Below, in pieces: positions 1-10,904 of a DNA stretch of 64,000 bases (within the stretch, counting starts at the first letter, position 1; every line of letters starts with the position of its first letter). The stretch lies in NCBI GenBank assembly GCA_016748015.1, contig JAAOMT010000183.1, positions 507,877 through 571,876 on the forward strand, read 5' to 3'. The position numbers were made by a program, and so were the translations under genes. The notes below the pieces were generated by a model. It did not search any database. It was not told the origin of the DNA and saw only the letters and a program-made list of their open reading frames with translations. Origin of the DNA: Geosiphon pyriformis uo1. Taxonomy: Eukaryota > Fungi > Glomeromycota.

Positions 1-876
1 TGCATCAGATCAAGCATTAGAAACTGTATTATCTTAGAAAAAACCAGATGGAAGAGAACACCCAGTAATATATGCTAGTTATAGCTTAAGTCCAATTAAA
101 AAGAACTATAGAATTCTAGCATTAGAACACTTAGCAATCTATTGGGCAGTTATGAAATAGAAAAAATACTTAAACCAGAAATTTAACATATACACTAACC
201 ATAAAAGATTGACTTCAATCCAGAAGTAAGAATTTGAAAATGATTACTATGCTAGATGAAAAATAGAACTTTCACTATTTAATTATACAGTATATTACAA
301 AAAAGGAAAAAAAAATGAAAATACTAATAGTTTGTTGCAGATAAGACAAATTTAAGAACATTCCAATCCAAAAATATAACAAAAAATGAATACACAAAAA
401 TATCAACAACTTTAACATTTTATAAATACTCAACAGTTTAAAGAAAAATTATCTCTAAAAAAACAAAACCATATCAAACAACAGTTCAAATATTTTATCA
501 CTTACCAAAATATACTTTATTAGAAAAACAGAAAGAATTCAGATCAACCAACCAGAGTAATTACAGAACCAGAGAAAGAAACAATATTATTCAACATGCA
601 CTCCAATCTAACAGCAAGACATTTTCACAAAGAAGCAACTATAGAAAGAATCAGAAAAAATACTATTGGCCATCAATATATCCAAACATCATCTAATATA
701 TCCAAAATTGTGATGCTTGTTAGAGAAGAGGAGGAACAAAACCAAGCAAATCATTAAGATTAATTAAAGTAGGACAATTATTTGATTGTATTGAAATTGA
801 CTTAGTTGAATCATTAACAATAATCAGCAAAAGAAACAGATATATTACAGTAGTTATAGATTATTTTACTAAATGG
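1..876 (+). mobile_element. Older (outer) Ty3/Gypsy element, RNase H-integrase part, interrupted by nested element A
   Basis: Degenerate pol ('ASDQALETVLS..DGREHPVIYAS', HHCC remnants, 'IDLVESL..YITVVIDYFTKW') co-linear with 7556-8432; resumes at 10909 with 'PEAKAIQ'. Confidence 0.9.
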
Positions 877-1722
877 TGTTACTCATAAAAAAAAAACAAA
901 TATAGGGAGAATAGTAGACCAATGAGTGAATAATATGTAGCATATGAGCATATTGCTCAGCAATATAGAGCAATGATAGAAATCACAGCACATTGCTCAG
1001 CAATATGGAGTGATATTAGAAAATTAGAGCACATTGTTCAGCAATGTGAACATTGCTCAAGAAATTATAGCACATCACTCAGGAATATGAGCGATCTCAT
1101 AGAACATTAATTATGTATATATAGCAGTAACGTTAGAAGTAGAAAAATAAGAAGAATTCTTTAGTTAGAAATCTTCTATTCACAAATATTAAATAAATAA
1201 ATCATTTACTATTCAAATCTACTCTCTACTATCAACACTTTATGTTGATAGCAATTGATACCTAATTATGCTGAAACAATAGCTCTTGATCATGGCTATT
1301 GATGAGATACTAATATGCATATTGCCTTGGCTCATTTCTTTATTTTTTTTATTTATTTCTTTTTTTAATTTTTACTGTTATATACTAACTGATTAAAGAT
1401 TAAAGCACTGAGTAATTGACATCATAGATAGTCTGATAAAAGACCCAGAAATAAGGGTAAAATTATATATATATTAATGGATAGCTTACCAGAAGGGCAC
1501 AACTGCCAGAATAAACTGGCCACCAAGCTGAAGACAGAAATTGGGAACACAACTTACCAACCAACTATATTAGCATTGAATCTCTGTTCATTATACAAAA
1601 GACTCAACTCTAAAACCTTCAGATACAACCAATATATTAGTATCATCAATATTGTCAAGATATTGAGCACCAAGTTACAAATTTGTTATTTGATTTGAGA
1701 TCTCAAATAATTATCTATAATA
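877..1722 (+). repeat. 5' LTR of element A
   Basis: Direct repeat of 10034-10904; starts TGTTACT, ends TATAATA (mutated TGTAACA); 4 copies of a ~40-bp unit at ~948-1100. Confidence 0.95.
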
Positions 1723-1724
1723 TT

Positions 1725-1740
1725 TGGTGCTCTTTGTGAA
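1725..1740 (+). promoter_or_regulatory. Primer-binding site TGGTGCTCTTTGTGAA
   Basis: TGG-starting motif 2 nt after the 5' LTR, complementary to a tRNA 3' end ...GAGCACCA; the same motif follows the 5' LTRs of elements B and C; tRNA identity not determined. Confidence 0.85.
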
Positions 1741-1784
1741 ATATAATCTTACAGAGAACAGCACCAACCATAATCATCCAAACA

Positions 1785-3900
1785 GTGGCAGAATCCAAAG
1801 AAATAGGAACAAACTATTTAGAATTTGCAAAATCTTTATTCCAATACTATCACACTCATCTCGGATTAACAAATAATAGTTGGCCAACCAAATCAGCTTT
1901 CAATTGCTATGTTAACAAAAGAATAGTATATCACTTGGGAGGCCAAAGAGATCCAGAATCCGCCTTCAACAACTTTTTCAATAAATTACTTCAAGCACCA
2001 CCCTTCCACAAAATTACCTATTTGCACTTCTAATTACAGAAATAAACAGGGAAATTGAAAAATACACCAAACAGAGATTTCCTATCACTTTTGCAGACAA
2101 AGACAAAAGAAGACTACAAACACCAACAAGAACACCAAAGCAAATCCAACTACTTACTTGGAAGAAACAAAAGTTTAATTCACCTGTTAATTTATCATAT
2201 TACCACACACTCGGAAGCACTATCAATATAATAAACATAGTTACAACAAGCATGAAAATGCCACTAAACAGAATCTCATTCCAAAGTAAACAAAAGAAGA
2301 CAGAGTTATTAAGAACATATGGCAATTATTTCGAGAGATTTAAATCACGATCAACAACGCCATCAGAAATTTGATCACCACCACCACAACCAGATTTCAG
2401 AGCCATTAGTTCTTGGGAAATAACCAACTCTAAGGAAGAAGAGAGTAGTGATCAGGAAGTTAATAAGCAAAACCCAATTCTAGAACATTCAGAAATTAAA
2501 ACTCTGGTTAATCAAACTCCAGAAAATCAGAATAATCAAAACTCTGACATAATTAATTAGCACTTATCTCCAGTAATCATGATCAATCTACCACCAGTTC
2601 CATTAAACACCCAACAGCAACAACAGCCACAATTGCTACCTCAACAACAAATTCAGCAGCAACCACAACCCAACTTAGATCTAATGGCATACACACCAAT
2701 AGCCAAACTCGAAAAATTCACTGGCAAAAAAAATAACACCCAAGTATGGCTAAATGATGTGGAGAAAGCCATTGCAGCTAATGGATGAAATGACACCAAA
2801 GCCATGCAAGCCATCCCATATTTTCTCCAGAATACTGCCAATTCATGATACTAAAGTCTGGTTAACAAACCCCAAGATTTCAATGCATTCAAAATTGAGT
2901 TCTTAAGATACTTCAGCAACAATAATAGCATTAACAGGCTAGCAAATACATTCATTACCATCAAACAAGGAGAAAATGAAGCAGTCACTACTTACTTAGG
3001 ATGCTTCCACAAGAATCTGCACCAGATCTAAGCCATTGACACCAATTATTTCACAATGGCCCAGATCCTAAATCAGTTTATTCACAGATTACACAGTAGC
3101 ATCCTGCAATGCATATGTTCATTGCATTCTATTAATCTGCAAGCAGCCATTACAAATGCCCAAGATTTTGAAGCCATTAAACTTGAAGCTAACCACGCCC
3201 AAGCCATTAATCTAGTAATAAATGGATCATCTGAATTGAATTCCAAATTGAAACAATTTAGTGATTCCATCAATCAGAAATTAGAGGGATACTTAGCTGA
3301 CAATTACACAATTTATCAACTACCATAACAATGCTATAATTCTGGAAATGTGAATTGTTTCCAGAATCAGTCACATTTATTATCATTGACCAATCAACAG
3401 TAGCAACAAGAAATGCATGTTTGCCACTATTGTAATAAACAAGGACACCTACAAATTAATTGCCACCATCACTTAAATAACCAACAATCAGAAAATCAAT
3501 ATCAAAACCTTGATTGCTGGTTTCAAATTCTGAATAACCTATCAAATTCAGAGCCATATTATCAGAATTACATACCTATGACACAGCAGCCACTTTATCA
3601 TCCACTAGTATATCAAGTACCAATTTATCAACTGACAACACCAACAATTTATCAGCCACAGTCACAACCCATTTATTAGCCACAGTTTTAGGTAATCTAT
3701 CAGCCTCAACAAATTCAAATATTGCCACAAAACTTATCTCAAAATGAAATCTAAAGACCGAAATTGACCCAACAAAGCTGGAGATTGTTGATAGTAGTTC
3801 ATCAACCAATCTCCAATTCTTTCACACAACCAGCAGAATCTTGACAATGGAATTCGGGCACTGAGTATGCCCAAAACCCAAATTCTCAGAACTATTTAAG
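1785..3900 (+). pseudogene. gag (capsid + CCHC zinc knuckle) of element A
   Basis: 'KLEKFTG...WLNDVEKAIAANG', 'QILNQFI', 'CHYCNKQGHLQINC' at ~3420-3463; interrupted by stops. Confidence 0.85.
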
Positions 3901-4089
3901 TCTCCTGGTTACCACAGAAGATACCCAACCCAATAATTTGGAGACCAACCAACAACCAATACTTACCAGCAACATTTTACCAGCTACTATTACTGAGAAC
4001 AAATCACTGGACACCATCTTCCCATTTAAACTCAAAGAACTGTTGACCATGCTATTATTTAGTGAAGCTGCTCTGGAAGAAAAATCTAT

Positions 4090-4450
4090 TATGGCCATGT
4101 ATACTGATGTCAAAGTTGATGGCCACTCTATCAAACTGATTCTAGACAGTGAATTAGCTGGCAGCATTATTACAAAACAACTCATGGATCAATTAAGTCG
4201 CCAAGTTGATTGTGCTGCCAGTGCCAGGATCATAACTGCTGATGGAGCAACAAAAACTCCCATTGGTGAGATCAATAACTTCTCCATTGAAGTCAATGAT
4301 ATCATGGTCCCAATCAAAGTACTGATTATGGAAGCCACCCAATACCAAGCACTTGTTGAGAATGATTGGCTATCCAAAACCAATGCATTGCTTGATTGGA
4401 ATATGCAGGAGCTTCAAATTAGCCAGAACAGTTAACACACACACATACCA
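4090..4450 (+). pseudogene. Aspartic protease of element A
   Basis: 'IKLILDSELAGSII' (decayed DSG), 'IITADG', 'ALVENDWL' (decayed LGNDWL). Confidence 0.85.
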
Positions 4451-4794
4451 ACCATGTGTGACTATTTTAAGATCACCAACTCAACAATCCCACTTATCAA
4501 ATTCGAGGAAGAGGAAAAGAAACCTACCTGAGAAGCCTATCAAGTTTTCTGGGCCAACACCGAACACAACAAGCTGCTGCCAGTACCTTTGTGAGATGAC
4601 AACAGTAAAGGAAAGCAGAGCAAAGAACTTACTTGGAAAGCTGACCAAGCCTGGGAAACTGACAATAACCAGAAAGAACAAATAAATTGGGAATGGAAAG
4701 AAGACAAAAAGGGAAAAGGAAAAAGAAAGAAAGAAGAACCAACAACTGACAGCAACACCACTTATAATTTTTATACTACACCCCACTGATTCAC

Positions 4795-5450
4795 CCAAAA
4801 CTGGTATGCATCAATTGTGGCAAAAAATTGTCGTCAATGAGTGCTTGTTGTGGCAACAATAAGAAGTACACTTCAGCAACAAAATTCTACTGCCATTCAT
4901 GCATCATTGAACACTTTGAAAGGCCAAAACAGGTTGGGAAATAGGACAATGAACCATCTTTGGCTTGTGGAGAAACTTTTCTGGACAAAAAAATATGGAA
5001 CAACATTCCTAGGTGAGGAGGAATGTGTGATGAATTGTGTTAATACAAGATTCTCATAAGCAACTGGATAAAGAAAAAAATGCTTATAGATGCTGCCTGG
5101 AGACAAGCCGTCAAACATTTGGATGGATGTCCACATGACAATGACAAAATCTGGCAAATGACACTCACCAAAATCGAAAAAGCAACACTAAAAGAGATAA
5201 AAACAATTAAAAATAACCCATCTAAACCTATAGAACTCGACTAGGACCCAGAACCAATCATAAATCTCTTAGATCCAAAACAATTCCACAAACATTATTA
5301 AGAGCTAGCACCTATGAGAGAAAAGCAGGAGCAATACTTGAAAGAAATCAACACTCGACTATGTGACTACTGTTTGATTCTATGTGATTTTCAATATTGT
5401 AATAAGTGTAACCTCATTTACAATCCACCACCATGCATAATTTACATGAT
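4795..5450 (+). pseudogene. Cysteine-rich domain of unknown function between protease and dUTPase
   Basis: 'CINCGKKL', 'FYCHSC', 'LACGE', 'MCDELC', 'LCDYCLILCDFQYCNKC'; homologous pattern in family B. Confidence 0.7.
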
Positions 5451-5685
5451 CCTAGAGGAAAAAAAACCAATTAGCAACTGTGCATCAGAATCAGAATCAA
5501 TTTTCAATCCTGATTCAAACTCTGACAATAACAATAATGAAAATAATAGTTCCAGCTCTGCTCAAAATGGCAACAAAAATATCAGCAATTCAGACTCCGA
5601 TTTAAACCCTGAAATATATATTGCACTTCCTGATCTATTTAAAGAGCAGGAACTCAAATAGTATAGTGACAATAATAAAGGTATC

Positions 5686-6080
5686 ATGTCAGAATGCATG
5701 TATAATACTGATGCAGAGTTTGATTTAAGATATCTGGAAAAAAAAGCCATCAAATTAGAACCAAATTCATGCACATGTATTGATCTCAAAATAGCTCTGG
5801 AAATTCCAGCAACAATTATGGTTCAATTAGCATCTAGAAGTAGCCTAGCAAAAAAAAGAATCAACATCAGAGGAGGAATAATTGACACAAGATATGTAAA
5901 AAATATCATTGTTATGCTACAAAATGACTTTGAAAAGGCCTATATCATAGAGCCAAATGAAAAGATAGCACAAGCAATATTTCTATCTCTGGTTAAAATA
6001 GCTCAATTAGTGTCAGTGGAAAACAGAGAAGAATTAGGAATTACTGCTAAAGGGATATAGAGATTCAGATCAATGAGTAG
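5686..6080 (+). pseudogene. Trimeric dUTPase domain in the Gypsy polyprotein
   Basis: All five motifs in decayed form: DA(E/G)FDL, ASRSSLA, GGIIDTRY, KIAQAI, AKGI*RFRS (from RGxxGFGS). Confidence 0.9.
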
Positions 6081-6649
6081 AATAGACATACTAATTAATA
6101 TGGTGAAAAAAGAGATTATTGACAAAAAAGAAATTATCTCAACCTGTCAATCAATTTCCATTTCACCATATGACCAGTAAATATTACCTATAAAAGGTAA
6201 AGTAAAGAATTAGGCTTAGTTGTTTAAAGCAGAAGCCACCATTTGCAAATCAGGAGAGATTGGACTCATTAATCTCTACATATTAGTCAAAAGCCCCAAA
6301 AATATTAAAATTCTCATTTACAACACAACTGAAAGTGTCATTGAAATACCAAAGGGAACTATTATTGGATATTTGACCACTGAAGTTGAGGATCAACCAC
6401 CAAATCACATTCCAGATTTTCCACAGCTTTGTGGATATGTGGATATTACATCACAAACTATCTATGGACAAAGTGAATGTTATCTGCTCCAACCAGAACA
6501 ATTGGAACAAATGAACATGAGAAATCTGATCCACTTCAATGGATGCAACTTAAGATGTTACTCAACAATTTCAATAATATCTTTGCTAGCAAAAATGAAT
6601 TTGGCCAAACCAACATCATCTGGCATCAAATCAAGACTGAAAATTCAAT

Positions 6650-9318
6650 GCCAATTAAACAAAGAGCATACAGAGTACCATCAGCTAGCCATGAAATCAT
6701 TTGTCAAGAAATCAACTGGATGCTTGACAATGGGCTAATTTAGTCATTAATGAGTCCATAGTTGTCACCAGTAGTACTAATTCATAAGAAGAATGGAAAA
6801 ATTTGTTTTTGTGTAGATTACTGAAAACTGAATGGAGTAACAAAAGGTGATAGCTATCCAACTCCAAAAATTCAAGAACTATTTAATGCTTTTGGAGGAA
6901 ATAAATGGTTCTCAATACTAGACTTAGATAGTGGTTACTGGCAAGTAGCCATGGATCCAGCCAACAAAGAAAAAACAGTATTCATCACAAGAAAAAAAAA
7001 TTTTGAGTTTGAAGTCATGCCATTTGGCTTGATGAATACTCCAGCAACATTCTAATGGCTCATGGAAATTGTCTATACTGGATTACTATGGAAATTAGTA
7101 GTTATATACTTGGATGACACCAATGTGTTCTCAAAAACATTTAATAATCATTTGCATTATCTCTAACAAGTATTCAAAAGGTTAAGAAGAGCTGGATTGA
7201 AACTAAATGCAATCAAATGTTTCTTTAGAAAAATTAAACTCAAGTTTTTGGGACATGTGGTAAGCAAAAACGGAATCAAAACAGATCCAAACAAGATCAA
7301 AGTAGTTAAGAACTTTCCAGTACCAGCCAACTTGTCAGAACTAAGGGCATTTTTGGGATTCACAGGCTACTATTGCTACTTCATTAAGGACTTTTTTAAA
7401 CTAGCTCAGCCACTTCACCATCTACAAACCAAGAATGTGAAGTATGAATGGACTGAAGCTCAACAAGAAGCATTCAACACATTGAGAAGAAAGCTTATCC
7501 AAGCTTTAGTATTGATGTATCCAGATCACAACAAACCATTCATCATTACTACTGATGCATCAGGTCAAGCATTGGGAGCAGTACTATCACAGAAAAGACC
7601 TGATGGAAGAGAGCATCCAGTAGCTTATGCCAGTAGAAGTTTAAGTCCAGCTAAAAAGAACTATAGAACTCCAGCACTGAAACACTTAGCAATCTATTAG
7701 GCTGTCATAAAATGGAGAGAATACTTAAGCCAAAAGTTTGAAATATATATGGATCACAAAGGATTGACTTCAATTCAGAAACAAAAATTTGCAGACAATT
7801 GTCATGTCAGATGGAAAATAGAACTTTCACCATTCAATTATACAGTACATTATAAAAAGGGAAAAAACAATAAAAATGCCAATGGATTGTCATGAATGAG
7901 ACAAATCTAAAAACATTTCAACCCAAAAATATAACAAAAAATGAACACACAAAAATATTAACAACTCCAGTATTATATAAATACTCAATTGTTTAAGGAG
8001 AAATTATCTTAAAAAGAACAAAACAACATAAAACAGCAATCAAAATATTTCATCAATTATCAAAATATACTTTACCAAAAAAACAGAAGAAATTCAGACC
8101 AACCAACCAGAGTAATTACAGAATCAGAAAAAGAAACAATATTGTTTAACATGCATTAAGATCCAACAGCAAGACATTTTTATAAAGAAGCAACCATAGA
8201 AAGAACCAGAAAAAAATACTATTGGCCATCAATGTATTCAAACATCATTTAATATGTTCAAAATTGTGATGCTTGTCAAAAAAGAGGTGAAACAAAACCC
8301 AGTGAACCATTAAAACCAATTAAAGTAGGACAATCATTTGATCACATTGGAATTGACTTAGTCAGACCATTAACAATTACCAGTAAAGGCAACAGATATA
8401 TTGCAGTAGCTATGGACTATTTCACAAAATGGCCAGAAGCAAAAGCCATTCAAAAAGCAGATACAGAATTCATTGCCGAATTTGTCCATCAAGATTTGAT
8501 ATGTCAACATGAATGTCCAAAAGAACTACTATCAGATCAAGGAACTCATTTTGTAAATAAAACATTAACAGAATTAAGTTAGAGATTTGAAATAAAAAGA
8601 CCATTATCATTACCATATCATTCACAAACCAATAGACTAGTTGAAAGATTCAATAAAACATTGTGTAAAACAATCGCCAAAATCAGTCAAGAAAACCAAG
8701 ATGAATGGAATTTGTTTATACCATTAGTATTATTTGCTTATCGAACAATGAAACAAGATACTACACAAGTAACACCATTTGAATTAGTATATAGTAGAAC
8801 AGCAACATTATCAGTTAAGATAAAAGTCAACACATATCCAACTAAACCAATAACAGAAACTAATTTTTAAAAAACATTGTTAAGAAAAACATATGATCTA
8901 ATAGAAACACTAAAAAACAGACAACAAAAAGCAGCTGATAACATTCAAAAGTCTCAAGAAAAGCAAAAAAAATGACATGATAACCAATTACCAAATAAAC
9001 CAGTTGAATTCAAGATTAGAGACAAAGTACTTCTACATCATACCAAAGTGGAAAAACAATGGAGTAGAAAATTCGACTCCAAATGGGATAGACCATTTTA
9101 CATAGAAAAAATTCTTGGAAATAGAGCTTATAAATTAAGATGGGACAACAAAATCTTAACCAAAGCAGCACATAGTGATTGACTGAAACCATATTACCAA
9201 ATAGCATTATCATTTACCAATAACATTTCACAATTGGAAGTACAACAAATACTAGTTCAACCAGAGGAGATTTCACAAGATTTGAAACCAATCATAATCA
9301 TTGAACCAAACATGTAAA
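6650..9318 (+). pseudogene. RT - RNase H - integrase of element A
   Basis: 'LDLDSGYWQV', 'VMPFGLMN', 'YLDDT', 'TTDASG', HHCC, 'GIDLV..DYFTKW', 'SDQGTHF', GPY/F-like tail; no chromodomain recognised. Confidence 0.95.
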
Positions 9319-9319
9319 A

Positions 9320-10019
9320 TCAAACAATGAAAAAGTATATAAAAACATGGTATACGCGACAAAGACAACTAAGAAAAAAAATGGAAATACTAGATTATAT
9401 TTACATTATAGCTCAACAATTATTCCAGGCCTTAAGTTAACAATCTTTAAACATGGAAATTATTATTATTAACAACCAAACAATTTGCTATCAAAACACC
9501 AAAAAAAAGACAAAGAATACACTATATCAGCGGTTACCAAAGAATAATAAAAACTGGTTAGATAAAATAATAGAAAAAGTAAAGAACACTTTTGGGAAAA
9601 TACCTATTATGGCACCAACAGAAAAACTTACAAAAGAGAATTGGAAGCAATAGACAGAACAACTTCTAATATCATATTGTTACTATCAGTTAGGTCGAAA
9701 GTTGAATATTCAAGAGTTGTATATTAACAAATCCAAGAGGATATTTAACCAAAACATAATACAGCAAATTAAAAAATTTATTGGAAAAAAGACAAACTCA
9801 ACACTACATGTGAGAACAATTTACTGACTACACAACATATTTCAAAACTATCTAGAAATACTGTTACACTCTGACATGAAAATCATAATCATTAACCAAT
9901 GGGAAAAAATGAACAATATACAAGTAAAAGATGTGAAAAATAAAGTCGAATAAACAATACTAGAAAAAGAAGTATTAGAGCTAATTCAGAATAAAGATTT
10001 TAACAGAGCTTAATATTAA
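9320..10019 (+). pseudogene. Extra ORF3 between integrase and PPT (unknown function)
   Basis: ~230-codon decayed frame with 'YCYYQLGRKLNIQELYINKSKRIFNQ..IY*LHNIF..INQWEKM'; co-linear copy at 59525-60230; homologues in family B and the outer element. Confidence 0.7.
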
Positions 10020-10033
10020 AAAGAAGGAGATAA
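10018..10033 (+). promoter_or_regulatory. Polypurine tract of element A
   Basis: AAAAAGAAGGAGATAA immediately before the 3' LTR. Confidence 0.8.
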
Positions 10034-10904
10034 TGTTACTTATAAAAAGAAAAACAGATATAAGGAGAATAGTAAACCAATGAGTGAATAGTATGTAGTA
10101 TGTGAGCACATTGTTCAGCAATGTAGAGCAATGATAAAAATCACAGCACATTGCTCAGCAATATAGAGCAATATCAGAAAACATGGCACATTACTCAGCA
10201 ATGTGGAGCAATGTTAAAAAATTAGAGCACATCACTTAGCAATGTAAGCATTGCTCAAAAAATCATAGCATATTGCTTGGAAATGTGAGTGATCTTGTAA
10301 AACATCAATTATGTATATATAGCAGTAGCATTAAAAGTAGAAAGATAAGAAGAATTCTTTAGTTAAAAATCTTCTATCCACAAATATTAAATAAATAAAT
10401 CATTCACTATCCAAATTCACTCTCTACTATTAACACTTTATATTGACTATGCTGAAACAATAGTTCTTGATTATAGCTATTAATGAGATACTAATGTGCA
10501 CATTGCCTTGGCTCATTTCTTTATTTTCTTTTATTTATTTCTTTCTTTAATTTTTACTGTTATATACTAACTGATTAAGGATTAAAGTGTTGAATAATTG
10601 ATGTCACGGATAGCCTAGTAAAAAACTCAGAAATAAGGATAAAATTATATATATATTAATGGATAGCTTACCAGAAAGACATGACTGCCAAAATAAACTG
10701 GCCATCAAGCTGAAGACAGAAATTGGGAACACAACTCACCAACCAATTACATCAGTATTAAATTTCTGTTCATTATACAAAGGACTCAACTCTAAAATCT
10801 TCAGATACAACCAACATACCAGTATTACCAGTATTGTCAAGATATTGAGCACCAAGTTACAAATTTGTTATTTGATTTGAAACTCTAAATAATCATATGT
10901 AACA
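10034..10904 (+). repeat. 3' LTR of element A
   Basis: Direct repeat of 877-1722; 5 copies of the 40-bp unit (10106-10300); ~19-bp deletion near 10446 relative to the 5' LTR. Confidence 0.95.

Larger units (their letters stand above)
877..10904 (+). mobile_element. Full-length degenerate Ty3/Gypsy LTR retrotransposon (family A) with dUTPase and ORF3
   Basis: LTRs 877-1722 and 10034-10904 (outer termini TGTT...AACA), 4-bp TSD ATGG at 873-876 and 10905-10908, PBS, PPT, domain order gag-PR-dUTPase-RT-RH-IN; many stops and frameshifts. Confidence 0.95.

Noticed and set aside
948-1100. CRISPR-like array of palindromic repeats
   Set aside because: The spacers are similar to each other, the array is part of a eukaryotic LTR, and there are no cas genes
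1270-1335. Hammerhead ribozyme (GAAAC..stem..TGATGAG) in the LTR
   Set aside because: Core elements are in the wrong arrangement, there is no UH site, and TGATGA is TGACAG in other copies
1477-1698. 73-aa ORF present in both LTRs of element A
   Set aside because: Most of the differences between the copies are non-synonymous, and the ATG is ACA in the D LTR (probably ancestral ACG), so the ORF is likely a CpG-decay artefact
6150-6400. Second dUTPase or novel domain before RT
   Set aside because: No catalytic motifs; resembles the common beta-rich pre-RT spacer of Gypsy Pol
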